The notes beneath the pieces are model-generated. The model was not told where the DNA came from. It saw only the letters and a program-made list of their open reading frames with translations, and did no database searches. A stretch of 64,000 nt of DNA, taken from NCBI RefSeq assembly GCF_009914755.1, contig NC_060926.1; one strand, 5' to 3'. Shown in pieces: positions 13,470 through 28,520 of this stretch. The DNA is from the human T2T-CHM13v2.0 reference genome, Homo sapiens. Made by a program: the position numbers and the translations under genes. Numbering within the stretch: the first letter of the stretch is position 1; every line of letters starts with the position of its first letter.

Positions 13470-16400
13470 CTCATAGAAAGCAAACAACTTAGAAAACATA
13501 TTTCAGGATATTGTTCATGAAAACTTTCCCAGACTTTCTAGAGAGGCCAACAGTCAAATTCAGGAAATACAGAGAATCCCTGCAAGATTCTTCACAAGAA
13601 GATCATTCTCAAGCCACATAATTATCGGATTTTCCAAAGTCAAAATGAAAGAAAGAATGTTAAAGGCAGCTAGAGAGAAAGGGCAGGTCACCTACAAAGG
13701 GAACCCCATCAGGCTAACAGCAGACCTTTCAGCTGAAACCCTACAAGCCAGAAGAGACTGGGGGTCTATATTCAACATTCTTAAAGAAAAAAATCTTCAA
13801 CCAAAAATTTCATATCCAACCAAACTAAGCTTCCTAAGTGAAGGAGTAATAAGATCCTTTTCAAATAAGCAAATGTTGAGGGAGTTCATTACTACCAGAC
13901 CTACCTTACAAGAGATCTTGAAAGAAGTACTAAATATAGAAAGGAAAGACCACTACAAGCTAACACAAAAACACACTTAAATACACAGACCAGAGACAAT
14001 ATAATTCAACCACACAAATAAGCCAGTATAGTAACCAGGTAGCAATAAAACGACAGTATCAAATCTATACATAACCTTGAATGTAAACAGGCTAGATGCC
14101 CCACTTAAAAGGCACAGAGTGGCAAACTGAATAAAAAAGCAAGACCCAATGGTATGCTGTCTTCAAAAGACCCATCTCACACATGATGACACCCATAGGC
14201 TCAAAATAAAGGGATGGGAGTAAATCTACTGAGCAAACGGAAAACAGAAAAGAGCAGGGTTGCAATCCTAATTTCAGAAAAAAATTAATGTTAAACCAAA
14301 AATATCAAAAAAGACAAAGAAAGCATTACATAATAATAAAGGGTTCAATTCAACAAGAAGACCTAACTATTCTAAATATATATGCACCCAACATAGGAAC
14401 ACCCAGATACATAAAACAAATTCTTAGAGACCTATGAAGTGATGGAGACCCCCATACAATAATAGTGGGAGACTTCAACACTCCACTGACATTATTAGAC
14501 AGATCATCAAGGCAGAAAATTAACAAAGATATTCAGGACCTGAACTCAATTTTGGACCAAATGGATCTGATAGACCTCTACAGAACTATCCACCCCCAAA
14601 CAACAGGTAGGTATAAATTCTTCTCGTAGCCACATGGCACATACTGTAAAGTTGAACACATAATCGGACATACAAAAATCCTCAGAAAACGCAAAAGAAC
14701 CAAAATTATACCGAACATGTTATTGGACAACAGCCCAATAAAAATAGAAGTCAAGACTAAGAAAATCACTTAAAACCATGCAATTACAGGGAAATTAAAC
14801 AACATATTCCTGAATGACTTTGGGGTAAATAATGAAATTAAGGCAGAAATCAAGAAGTTATTTGAAGCTGACAAGATCAAAGATACAACATACCAGAACT
14901 CTGGGACACAGCTAAGGCAGTGTTAAGAGGGAAGTTTATGGCACTAAACACTCACATCCAAAAGTAGAAAGATCTCAAATTAACAACTTAACGTCACAAG
15001 TAGAAGGACTAGAGAAGCAAGAGAAAATCAACCCCAAAGCTAGCAGAAGACAAAAAAAAAAAAAAAATCAAAGCTGAACTGAAGAAAACTGAGACACACA
15101 AAAATTCAAAAGATCAATGAATCCAGAATTTGCTTTTTTGAAAGCATTTATAAGATAGATAAGCCACTAGCTTGACTAATAAAGAAGAGAGAAGTTGCAA
15201 ATAAATACAATTAGAAATGATGAAGATGTTATCACGGATCTGACAGGAATAAAATTAACCATCAGAAACTACATCAAACACCTCTATGCACACACATTAG
15301 AAAACCTAGACAAGATAGGTAAATTCCTGGATGCATACGCCCACCCAAGACTGAACTAAGAAGAAACTGATTCCCTGAATAGACCAATAATGAGCTCTTA
15401 AACTGAATCAGTAATAAATATCACCAACAAAACAAAGCCCAGCACCAGAGGAAATCATAGCCAAATTCTACCATATGTATAAAGAAGAGCTGGTCCCATT
15501 CCTAGTAAACTATTCCAAAAAATTGAGGAGGAGGGATTCCTCCCCAACTCATTCTATGAGATCAGCATCATCCCGATACCAAAACCTGGCAGAGAAACAA
15601 CAAAAAAAGAAAACTTCAGGTCAGTATCCTTGATGAACATTGATGCAAAAATTCTCAACACAATACTTGCAAATGGAATCCAGCAGCATATCAAAAATCT
15701 ATTCCACCACATCAAGTATGCTTCATCCCCAGGATTCAAGATTGGTTCAGCATACACAAATCAATAAATGTGATTATCACATAAACAGAACTAAAGACAA
15801 AAACCACATGATTGTCTCAATAGATACAGAAAAGGTTTTGCATAAAATTCAACATCTGTTCATATTAAAAATGCTCAATAAACTAGGTTTTGAAGGAACA
15901 TACCTCAAAATAATAAGAGCCATCTGTGATAAACCCACAGCTAACACCATACTGAATGGGCAAAAGCTGGAAGCATTCCCCTTGAAAACCAAAACAAGAG
16001 CAGGATGTCCTACACCACTTTTATTCAACATAATATTGGAAGTCCTAGCCAGAGCAATCAGGCAAGAGAAAGAAATAAAGGGCATCCAAATAAAAAGAAA
16101 AGAAGTCACACTCTCCCTGTTTGCAAACTATATGATTCTGTATCACATAAGTTTCAGGATAAAAAATCAATGTACAAAAATCACTAGCAGTCCTATACAC
16201 AGACAACAGTCAAGCCAAGAGTCAAATCAGGAAAGTGATCCTATTCACAACTGCCACAAAAAATTAAGATACCTAGGAATACAGCTACCCAGTAAGATGA
16301 AATATCTCTGCAATGAGAACTACAAAACACTGCTCAAAGAAATCAGAGAAGACAGAAATTGAAAAACATCCCATGCTCATGGATAGGCAGAATCAATATC

Positions 16401-18015
16401 ATTTAAATAGCCATACTGCCCAAAACAATTTATAGATTAAATGCTATTCCTATCAAATTACCAATGATATTCCTCTTAGAACTAGAAAAAAAATTTAAAA
16501 TTATATGGATACAAAAAAGAGCCCAAGTAGCCAAGTCAATACTAACAAAAAGAACAAAACTGGAGGCATCACATGACCCAACTTCAAACTATACTGCAGG
16601 GCTACAGTAACCAAAATAGAATAGTACTGGTACAAAAACAGGAACTTAGACCAGTAGAACAGAATAGAGAGGCCAGAAACAAGGCCACAAACCTATGACC
16701 ATCTGATCTTTGACAAAGCTGACAAAAACAAACAATGGGAAAAAACTTCCTATTTAATAAATGGTGCTGGGATAACTGGCCAGCCACATGCAGAAGATTG
16801 AAGCTGGATGTCTTCCTTATACCATATACAAAAATCAACTCAAGATGTATTAAAGACCTAAATGTAAAACCCAAAACTATAAAATCCCTGGAGGATGACC
16901 TAAGCAATACAATCTTGGACATAGAAATGAGCAAAAATTTCATGACAATGATGCCAAAAGCAACTGAGACAAAAGCAAAAATTGACAAATGGGATATAAT
17001 TAAACTTAGAAACTTCTGCACAGCAAAAGCTTTTTGCATACCAAAAGCTTGTTGATAGTTGCTAAGAACTATCAATAGAATAACAGGCAACCTACAGAAT
17101 GGGAGAGAATTTTTGCAAACTATGCATCTGACAAAGGTCTAATATCTAGCATCTATAAATAATTTACAAGAAGAAACAAACAGCCCCATTAAAAAGTAGG
17201 AATAGGACATTAACAAACACTTTTCCAAAGAAGACATACATGTGAGCAACAAGCATATGAAAAAAAGCTCAATATCACTGATCATTAGAAAAATGCAAAC
17301 CAAAACCCCAATGGTATACCATTTTATACCAGTCAGAATGGCTGCTATTAAAATGTCAAAAAATAACAGATGCTGGTAAGAAAATGGAATGCTTATATAC
17401 TGTTGGTGGGAGTACAAATTAGTTCAATCATTATGAAAGCAGCATGGCAATTCCTCCAAGAGCTAAAAGCAGAACTACCATTTGACCCAGCAATCCCATT
17501 ACCAGGTATATACCCAAAGGAATACAAATCATTCTGCCATAAAGACACATGCACACGAATGTTCATTGCAGCACCATTCATAATAGCAAAGACACGGAAT
17601 CAACCTAAATCCCCATCAATGATAGATTGGATAAAGAAAATCTGGTACATGTACACCATGGAATACTATGCAGCCATAAAAAAGAACAAGATAATGTCTT
17701 TTGTGGGGACGTGGATGGATCTGGAGGCCATTATCCTTAGCAAACTAATGCAGGAACAGAAAACCAAATACCATATGTTCTCACTTATAAGTAGGAGTTA
17801 ATGATGAGAACTCATGAACACAAAAAAAGGGATGACAGACACTGTGGTCTACTTGAGGATGGAGGATGGGAGGAGGAAGAGGAAAAGAAAAAATAACTAT
17901 TGGGTACTAGGCTTAATACCTGGGAGATGAAATAACCTGTGCAACAAATTCCTGTGACATGAGTTTACCTATGTAATAAATCTTCACATATAGCCCAAAA
18001 CCTAAAATGAAAGCT
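13470..18015 (+). mobile_element. 5'-truncated L1PA13-16-like LINE-1 (ORF1 3' half, decayed ORF2, 3'UTR)
   Basis: ORF 13645-13980 is the ORF1p C-terminus (AAREKGQVTYKGNPIRLTADLSAETLQARR…YPTKLS). ORF2 fragments lie at 15640-17801, and the 3'UTR ends …aacctaaaatgaaag. Confidence 0.92.
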
Positions 18016-18749
18016 TTTTTTTTAAAGTAACACCTTAAAATATTTCTAATGTTAAATGTACTGCCAAATCCTGAAATAAGACCTCTATTCCCAGCATGTA
18101 TTTTCTTAAAATATACTCACTCTTCAATTATTTGTCCACTCTGTTAAAGTTGTCTCTAATATTTTATTATTTAAATTATTTTCTTCATACTCTTTCAGTA
18201 GCATTATTTAACAACATTTGAGTTTTTAGTGCATAATTTTTCACTCTTAAACAAAGGTCTAAAAATAAATGAATTACTCATATGTTCACGATTATGGCAT
18301 TAAAAATTTATCCTTGAACTTCGTCCCATTTAAAGATTCATTCTTCGTTTCCCAGAATACCTGTACTCTAATCTGTTCACATTTCTGATTTTCTCCTTTC
18401 CTTCTAACATTTAGGAGCCCTCTTGAGAATAGAGATCCTGAGAGAGGATTGAAACTCCTCATTTTTAAAACTTTTACCCTTGTAATGACCACTGCCACAA
18501 ATCTATTTTAGATAAATCACATGAAATTTTCGATATTTTAATTTTTGACATACAAAAATGATGAGCTCATATTATTCAAACTAAAATATTATCACTATTT
18601 CGTCTCTTAAAATTCTACTCATCCAATGTCACTTTCCTCAGGAAAATTTCCACAATTGCCTTATCCTGAAAGGATTTCTCCTCCCTACAGAAATCTACTC
18701 TGCAATCACACTGTCATTGCTCCCTCATGGCATCACTTCTGGAGGTGTC

Positions 18750-18950
18750 CCTGAGGAGAGAGTAAGCACGGGTTTCAGCCAGAACTGTGTTCAAATCACG
18801 ACTCTTTCATGTGCTTGCTTGGTGATGTTGAATAAGTTATTTAACCTCCCTTACCTCTCAGTTCCCACACTTATAAAAGTTTCTGTTAAGTACTGAGATT
18901 ATAAATTTAATATTTTATATACTGTGAATTTTATATAGTGTTCAATAAAA
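18750..18950 (+). mobile_element. MIR fragment
   Basis: gttcaaatcacgactct…tgatgttgaataagttatttaacctcc…ctcagttcccacacttataaaa. Confidence 0.55.
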
Positions 18951-19399
18951 GTCATTTTTAAAAATTCAAAAAAGTTCCACTTTAAGCAATTCTTTAAAAT
19001 CACACAGAACTAATTTATAACAGAGACCACCAAACTCCCTACTATGTGACTTGTACAAACTAAGAAAGCTCTGTTGGAGCAAATTTTGGAAGATTTTAAA
19101 TTGATGACTGGCAACAGAAATACTCCCATACACCACTGTTATATATTTACATTAGGTATATAATAATACATTATAGTCAAAATATCACCTGTATGTGACA
19201 TTATGAGGTATATATATGACATCATAGATATATATGGCATTATATTATATATAATACTAATGTTATTGTATCAGATGCATCTGTCTATAAGAAATATAAT
19301 ACTAATAGTTTTTTAGGTTATCCAACAGATTACTGAAAGCCATTGTATGATTTTTAAAACCAATTATGTTTTAATGAGCATTACAGCACAAGTTGAATT

Positions 19400-19895
19400 T
19401 ATAAATAAGCAAAATGTTCTCAGTAACAAGTGAGTCTCCTACCTACTTTTTAGTCCTGGATCCCTCCTGAGAGGTAATGGCTATGAACACCTTCATGTTT
19501 ATCCTTCTACTCTTTCTATATATTTTTCCCCATATGCTATTCCATATCTTGTTTATTTTTCCAATAATAAATAAATCTAACAGACAATGAATTTTCATAT
19601 ATGCAAATGTGTTTTATTCATTATAATGGTTACATGAATGCCACTGTTTGAATGTACCATAGTAAATATAGCCTGTCTGTCACAGATAGGTATTTAGCTT
19701 TTTCCAGATCTTTTTGATGTCTTCTGCACTGCAATGGATATTCTTAGGCATTCACCATTTCACATGGGTAAGTATAAAGCTACAAGACAAATTCTTGAAA
19801 TTACTTGGTTAAGTGATATTTTTAATTTTGATAGATATTGCCATAGTTGTACATTAAGGTGGAAGCAATTTACCTTCTCATAAGTCAAATATGAT
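19400..19895 (-). mobile_element. Old L1ME-like fragment
   Basis: Antisense ORF2-end motifs (ttttaattttgatagatattgcc…gcaatttaccttctca). Confidence 0.5.
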
Positions 19896-22159
19896 TTTAG
19901 CAGTTGTGTTTCAGAATGATAATTCTATGTGAAATCTGGAAGATGGACTATAGCAAGAAACAATGACATGTGAGATACTAATTTAAACGCTAATACAGTG
20001 ATAGAAAAAGGCAATAAGAAGTGAAAGGAAGTAACAATTTCTAGAAGTATTGAAGTAGTAGCATTGAGAGGATTGAGATAATGGCACCTTTGAGTGCTCT
20101 ATCCATAATGGCCTTAAGTGTATCTTTTACTAAATCAATCAAACTGAAGTCCCAATAATTCAAGAGAAATCCAGTCCATTACCACCTCAACCTTTGACTT
20201 CTCAGCTTCTTTTGCCAAATTCTCACTTCATTAAAGTGCTACTAAAATGAATTCCTTTGTCACATGTCTCCACTACTCTACATTAAGCCATTAACATGGG
20301 CTTTTCTCTCTTGAGACTTTTGGCCTTAAAGGTTAGCAAACCCCAAGTTCAAGTATTTGGCCTATATCATTGAAAGCCTAAGGGGGAAAAAAACTGTTCT
20401 TAAATATGACTCTGTATTTAACCTCCAAAATATCAAGTTCAGCATTAAGAATTCTATAATCCTAGAGGAGAGCTATCCACATGATTTACATGTAGAGAAA
20501 TGTATTAATTTCTTCTGGAGAAACTGAAATTTATCAGAGAATATGAGCAGCAACTCTTGATTATTGACTTAAATCCTTCACTATTGATAAATCAGTTTCC
20601 AAAATCCTTATGATGTGCATGAAATATGTTTTCTTCCTGATGTGAGAAAACCTTAACCCAGTGTCACTCTTCCAAATGTTATGTACCTATAAATTGGAAG
20701 AATGTAACTAAAGTTGTTTGTGATGCGATTTCTCCTGTTGGAGAATGGTAGGGCAGACAGCTAGGTTTTTTGAAAATTTTTATTCAACATTTTTGCTCAG
20801 ACCTGTATTCCACTTGAGCATCTCAATTTGGTTCACTTCTTCCCAAGATGATATAACTAGCTAATTATGACATAAAAAGAATTTGGAAGATGGAAAAAGC
20901 AGTGATCCCTGGAAGAGCATGTGAAAGCCTTAAGCAGACATCTTACTAGCAAAGATGTCTGTGGATTATGGGTATACCAGACACTTTTATTTTAATTAAG
21001 ATTCAAACTTCATGCTAATATCCCTGAAATCTAAAGCTAGCATAGGCAAGGTTGAAAGGGTGGTAGAGCAAATAAATAAAATCTAAACTAAACAAACCTG
21101 TTCTTTTAAAGCAGTCAGGAAATTTTCTGCCTTCCAATTGTTAGAGATGATTCTACTTTCAGAGAGGCTGTTTTGTTGTTCTAGGAACACCACACACTGA
21201 AAATGTGCTTTTTAATTTTGAGGATGTAGATCAGTGGTGTGACCCCAAGGAATGCAATTGCTTTGTAAGATAATATAAAGAGGCTGGCTTTGTTGCAAGC
21301 AGAGTTGCATTTCCGCAGATTGTACTTCCCTTAGAGGAATTTTTCTCCAAGGATGGTTTTAGAATGTGCTCTCTCTGAAAATTATAGCAAGCCCTTGGGG
21401 ACATTTTTGTGAAAACAATGGCCACAAGATGTCAGCAATAGAGACCTCTAAGGACTTCAAGAAAGACCTGAAAGCTCAATTAACTCGAGCTTGGGGAAAA
21501 AAAAAAAATAAACTGTACAGTGGAAATAAATTGGGCTTAGCTAAACATTGAACTATTAGATTAGATTGTTGATTTCTCATGCTATTATTATTCAAGGCAA
21601 GTAGTGTGTTTTTCAAGAGAGGGGCTGATGGAAGACTATTTTGTCCCAATAGGATTGTTCTTTAGAATAAGTTGGGCAAGATCATATGTGTGTGGTTGGA
21701 AGTGAAATTGTCCTTAAACAGAATAGAGATGTTTATGAAAATCATTCAGGGAAGAGGTCAAACTTGGAACAGAAACTGAATTGGTGAGTCTAAGATAGGG
21801 AGGAAAGAGAAAATCTGTCTTTCCATTGGTAGTAGGATTGTCATGCTAAAGAATACTGGTTTAGGTGGGTGGCGAGTAGAGGAATTAGGAGAAGTGGAAA
21901 TTGGCCAATACAGTATAGACACAGACTGGAAGCTAGACAGGAGCTATCTTGTGAGGAGCCTCTTAATAGTAAGTTCTAGTTTAGGTGTACCTTTGAGCTC
22001 TGAGATTGGCATATCTAGTACCAGTTATAAATTACACACAAGGTTTTGCTTCTCTTCTAAAATGTTTTAAGTTTCAACTTCCTCAGTGAGAAATTAAGGA
22101 CAAATTTACACTCATACTTGAGAAGCAGGACAAGAGAGAAAAATCACAGAGACAACACA

Positions 22160-22560
22160 TTCATTTGCTCATTTTTCCACGTTTGTCACCCCTGCTATAT
22201 ACCAGACACTATTCTATGCAGGGAATACATGGGTGAGTAAAATAGCCTTGATAAATGAGACAATGTCTCTTACAAAGCTAACATTCTAATGTGAAGAGAT
22301 GAATAAAGTAATTGGCGATTTTAAAAAATGAACAGTATAAAAATTTAGATACTAATTAGTATTATCAGAATAATAAAATAAGTTAATATAATAGATGATG
22401 GGGACATCATTTTGAAAAGATGGCCAAGAAGGCCTCTTTTAAGAATCACTTTTGAATAGATACCTGAAATGATACGAAGCCAGCCAGCTCCTTATGGAGT
22501 TCCATAAGGAGCTTAGTAAAAGCAATTTGTACAGAGAAACACCAAACTCCATGGCCTTAA
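22160..22560 (-). mobile_element. L2 fragment
   Basis: cattcatttgctcatt…ctatataccagacactattctatgcagggaataca…gctaacattcta. Confidence 0.6.
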
Positions 22561-22573
22561 AGAAAGCAGAACT

Positions 22574-22857
22574 GGCCGGGCGCAGTGGCTCACACCTGTA
22601 ATCCCAGCACTTTGGGAGGCCGAGGCGGGTGGATCACGAGGTCAGGAGATCGAAACACCGTGAAACCCCATCTCTACTAAAAATACAAAAATATTAGCCG
22701 GGCATGGTGTCATGCACCTGTAGTCCCAGCTACTGGGGAGGCTGAGGCAGGAGAATCGCTTGAATCCAGGAGGTGGAAGTTGCAGAGCCGAGATCGCGCC
22801 ACTGCACTCCAGCCTGGGTGACATGCTGAGACTCCATCTCAAAAAAAAAAAAAAAAA
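22574..22857 (+). mobile_element. AluS (Sc-like) with a small internal deletion
   Basis: ggccgggcgcagtggctcac…poly-A; aaagcaga occurs on both flanks (partial TSD). Confidence 0.93.
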
Positions 22858-23672
22858 GCAGAGATGTACAGTCCAATAGGTGGGTAGAAAGCAAGGATCA
22901 ATAGACCAGAAGCAGATGCCAAAGTGAAGAGGAAACTGAAGACTAGGTTTGCTTTCCAGAATATATAAATGTAGTCTAGAAATTTGCAGAAATTATTTTG
23001 GCAGGGGGGGAGCTCAGTGAAAAAAATACACACACAAAAGCACACACACATATATACGTATATGCAATAAAATTAGAATGAGGCATGCCATTTTGAAATA
23101 CAAATTTTGAGGGCAAATATAAGCTATTTTGATACTTACATGCAAGTAAGCCCTTGCCATACCATTTATACTTATATTTTTAATACAATAAAATAACTAA
23201 CTTGCTCTGAATAGGTATTAATTTTTGAAGCTGATATATCTAGATTTACATATACATTGAGATATATATCTTTGTGCACCTCAAAATTAAACTCAACCTT
23301 CACAACAGGTCCCAGTTTTCATTTGGGGATTTACATACCAAACAAACTCACATATTAATGGTGCCACAGTAAAACATGTGACCTAGGCTAAGTCCATCAG
23401 CAAATTCTGGAGTTTTTAAAAGATTTCTGAGGCTAAGAAACGAGAAGCAAACATGCAGTCTCATGAGGTGCTAAAAGCCATATTCATACCATGATGGGAA
23501 AAAGCTTTAGGATGACACCAACAGATTTGAAGGCAAAGTGGAAAGTAGAGGAAGCATCTTCCTTGGAAATATCATTGACTATTGAGTCTCTAAATCAATC
23601 ATTATCTGAAGACAGTGCTATCTCAAATCTTATGGTTATGTAAATCAAACAATTTATTTTACTATGTGAGAC

Positions 23673-23975
23673 TTTTATTTTTTTGACACTGGGTCTCACA
23701 CTGTTGCCCTGGTTAGAGAGCAGTGGCTCAATTATAGCTCACTGAAGCCTCAAACTGTTGTATTTAAGCAATCCTCCTGCCTCAGTCTCCAGAGCAGCTG
23801 GGACTACAGCAAACACCACCATGCCCAGCCAGCTTTTTAATTTTTTAAATTTTTTTAAGTAGATGGGATCTTGGTATGTTGCTAGGGCTGGTCTCAAACG
23901 TCTGGTGTCAAGTAATTCTTCAACCTGAGCCTTCCGAAGTGCTGAGATTACAGGTGTGAACCATCACACCTGGCC
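23673..23975 (-). mobile_element. AluJ
   Basis: Full antisense dimeric Alu. Confidence 0.9.
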
Positions 23976-25659
23976 AAGACAATTTTAGCCATGTCTATTT
24001 ATTGTTATTTCCAACCCCCACCCTCCCCAAAAATTATAATATAAATTTGCCTGTAAATTGGTAATTAGCTTATAGTTCATCATGGTGCAGTGACTGGAAA
24101 TATTTGTAAAATGGTACAGAATTCTTATGAGAAAAAATGATATACAAAATCCTCAAATCAGATCAGATGTGCATAGAGTTTAATATGTACTGTAATGCCA
24201 GCACATCTTTTATGCCACGATTGATGCTCAAGTATTTTTATATTTCCAGAAATGTAGATATGTGAAGCTTTTGTTCCAAGAAGCTTGGAGTTCTTTGCAA
24301 GCATCTCATAAATCCTCCTCATTATATCTCTCTAAAATAGTCAGGTTATAGGTATTATTATTCATATTTAACATAAGACAAGAGCAATTTAAAACTCTTA
24401 TAATTCCATTTATCTAAAAAGATAAAACTATTCACCCCAGAAAGACTAAATATAACTTGGCAGTGAGACATATTGGTCCTGAGTTGCTTTAAAGTTCAAT
24501 GCAACCAAATGCTTTTAAGTCTTATAGCTTTTCTTTTTTCCATTTGAGAGCGCCAAAAGCTGGTAAGAAAGAAACTATCCAGTGCTCACTTTAAAATAAT
24601 CTCTTATGTGCTAATTTGTGTGTCCCAGTTACACTCTTCAAACAATGGTGTCACGTTAAGACTCGATCAATATGTCATTTATGTACAAAAAAGACTAAAT
24701 AAGGTTATTAAATAGAACAATGTTTTGAGATAGTATTTAATAATGTATTAAAAATAGTAAATGATAGACTTAACATTGATTCATTTAACTTTGTCTACCC
24801 ATCCCATTCTCAGTATTTCTTTGGACTAAAAATGCAGGTTTTGAGAGACCAGTTGTCAGAGTTAGAAACACAGTATGTGGCAAGAAAACATTTACGTTAA
24901 CCAGTTGAGATAATTCATTAATTAGAAACTGACAATTATTGCTTTGCCAAGTATGAGTACATAATTGCTCTTTCCCATAGTAGTCTTCTGTGAGTCTTAA
25001 TCTCATTTTGTATTAATCATTAAATATCAGACTTTACCATACATTGGGATTACAGTTGGTAAATTCAAGAGAGGCACATTATCATTATTAAATGGGTATA
25101 TCCCGCCCACACAGACTGTCACAAAATCTGGTGCTTTGAATTAATGAACTTAATGGTTAAGTATTCCATGATTGCTATCAAAATAGTCAAGTGTTATTTA
25201 AATATCATTTTTACGGAAATGAGAAATGGGGTATCTTCCACAGACCTTCAAAAGAATAAATACATTATAAATTTACTTTCTATAAAATCCCATTAAAGGG
25301 AAGTAATGAATTTTTGTAAAGGGAGATTCTTATACAATGTTACTGGAAAATGAATCAATTTTAACTCTTAAATGGTTTCTAGATTAATATGTTACTAGGA
25401 AATTCATTTTGGTGTGCACATCTGTCACTTTAAGCTACTAATTGAAATGTCCTGGCCACAAAAAGTCACCTTAGAGAGTGCAGGGTCATGACTCAGAAAA
25501 GTCAAATACTATTTCCAGTAAATGTTCCTCCTGAAATTTAGAAAGTCTCAGGAATTAAAGGTTTTGTGATTGAAGTAAAAATTCTTGTCAATTAAGAATT
25601 ATTTTTTGATAAAAACTAAAAATTGGTATATATGTTCTTTTAAAAAATTACAAGCTGAA

Positions 25660-26005
25660 TTTTATTTATTTTCAGTTATTAATTTATTTTTATAGAGACA
25701 GGGTCTCACTCTATCACCTAGGCTAGAGAGCAGTGGTGCCATCATAGTTCACCACAACCTCGAACTCTTGTGCTCAAGTAATCCTCCTGCCTCAGTCTCC
25801 AAAGCAGCTGGGACTACAGGCAAATGCCACCATGCCCAGCCAGCTTTTTATTTTATTTTATTTTTTTGGACAGATTGGGTCTCACTATATTGCTAGGGAT
25901 GGTCTCAAACTTGCACTGTAGCCTCAAACTCTGGAGCTCAAGTAATCCTCCCCACTCAGCGTCTTGATTCGCTGGGACTACAGGTATACTCCACCATGCT
26001 AGGCT
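25660..26005 (-). mobile_element. AluJ / chimeric Alu (extra right-arm-like segment)
   Basis: Antisense Alu whose last ~95 bp resemble a second right monomer (cactgtagcctcaaactc…gctgggactacagg…ccaccatgc). Confidence 0.85.
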
Positions 26006-26702
26006 AAAAGCCAGTTTTGAAACAAAAATTTCCAAATATATTTCAGTTTACTTCTAAAATTGCTGAAAATGTTAAGGCAATAATTTAGATAGCAGGGGTC
26101 TTCAGTTTCTGGCAAAAGGAACACTTTAAATACTATAACAGTCTAGTTTCAGAAGTTAGACAATGTTGAAAAACAATCAAATTTTCAAAAGGACAATGTT
26201 ACCCTAATCTTGATGATATGTGGTTAGTGAATTACCTTAAAAAATAAAATGCTTCTACATTTCAATGTGTGGCATTAATAACATTTATCCTGAAGACTTA
26301 CTAAGGATTTTCAATTTGAACTTGTCAGTGTGGCTAACACTGTGATTATACACAAAAAGTAGATTGGTTAACACACAATCTAATTGAAACATTCCTAAAG
26401 TTTACTTCGTAAAGGAATTTCACAATTATGTTCATCTAATGACTAGCTCATATGTGATATACATGTGCATGCACATACACACAAAGGGTGAAAACACTTA
26501 GCAACATAATCTTCATGATAATACTCCTTATCACATCTTAGGTCATGATGTGCAGTGCAGAAATGAGATTTAGATTTGGGCAGGGATTTGAGGGAGTACT
26601 TGGGTAGCAGGTATCATCAGGTAAGGCTCAGGTATAGAGTAGGATTTCAGGGATGAAGTGGGGGATGAAGGATAAAATGTTACAGTAAATTATAATACTT
26701 AG

Positions 26703-27090
26703 TGTTTTGGTTCATTTGGGTTGTTATTAAGAAGTACGTGGGGCTCGGTAATTTATAAGAAAAAATGATTTAATTGGCTCACAGTCTGCAGGCTGTACAA
26801 GAAGGAGACCGGCATCTGCTTCACTTCTGGGAGGCCTCAGGGAACTTTTATTCATGGTGGAAGGTGAAGGGGGAGCAGACACTTCACATGGCAAAAGCAG
26901 GAGCAAGAAAGAGAGTGGCAGTGGGGGTGCCACACTTTACAACAACCAGATCTCATGAGAATGCACCACTGTGAGGACAGCACCAAGCCATGAAAGATCT
27001 GCCCCCATGACCCCACCAGGCCCCACCTCTAAAACTGGGGATGAAATCTCAACATGAGATTTAGATGGGACAAATATACAAACCATATCA
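26703..27090 (-). mobile_element. MSTA/MSTB MaLR solo LTR
   Basis: TG…CA termini; ggtaatttataagaaaa…aattggctcacagtctgcaggctgtacaagaag…caaaccatatca; flanks cttag/cttca. Confidence 0.88.
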
Positions 27091-27137
27091 CTTCAGGAAA
27101 GTAAACTAATACAATAAATTATAATTCATCAACTTGC

Positions 27138-27480
<343 letters not shown>

Positions 27481-27914
27481 GTAATTCATCAACGTTAAGT
27501 TCCAAATAAGTTACATAGGTCTAAACCAGTAGCCTCATTCCTTAGAATTGATACTTAAGAAAAAGTATTTAAAAACCTTAAAGGGTAGGGGAGAAACTGT
27601 ATCAATGAAGATGCTCTTTGTGGTGACATTGTATCTGCAGAAGTTAGAAACAATCTAAAACTACAACAATATGCAATTAGCTTATTTATTTCAGATTCAC
27701 CTACTTGATAATTTTTGTGTTAATTTTTTCAGTCAGCAGTGTTTATTGAGTGCCTTCTATATTCCAGGAAACATTACAGGTGTTGGAGATGGAGTGGTAA
27801 TACATTGTACATGGGTCCTATCTTGTTGGAATTAACTATATTTCAGTCATAATCAACTATGATAATATTGAAGACTGTACAGTATATAGAACAATGGTTA
27901 TGTATTTTTCAACT

Positions 27915-28520
27915 ATTGACGTTTGAAAATATATTTATATAGAAGTTGTAAACATACTGCAGAGCATTCTAAGGCATCCTTCACCCGGATACCTGCAATG
28001 ACAACATTTTACATAGCCAAAGTATAACAATCAAAACCAGGAAATTGACATTGGCTTAATACTATTAACTAAATTATAGACTTCAGACATATTTCACTAG
28101 GTTTTTATGGACACACTTTATGTGCGTGTGTGTGTGTGTGTATAGTTCTATACGATTGTTTCACATGTGTAGATTTGTAACCACCACAAAAATCAGGATA
28201 TAGTAATATTCTTTCATTCCAAACAAAACTGCCCTTGCTACAATCTTCTAGTCCCAGCCTTCCCACAGCCTTAACCCTTGACCGCCACTGATGTGTTCCC
28301 CAACACTATAATTTTATTATTTCCAGAATAGTATACAAGTGGAATCATACCAAATGCAAGCTTTTGAAATTCCCTTTTACACTTAGCATAATGCCCTTGA
28401 GATCCATCCAATTTGTTGCATGTCTCAAGAATGTTTTCTTTTATATTGCTAAGTCATATTATTTTGTGGGGATGAATCACAATCACACATTCACCCATAG
28501 AACATTTAACAGTTAACTTT
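27915..28520 (-). mobile_element. L1MC-like 3' end fragment
   Basis: aaaccaggaaattgacattgg…gtaaccaccacaaaaatcaggata…aagtggaatcatac…ttagcataatgcccttgagatccatccaa. Confidence 0.7.
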
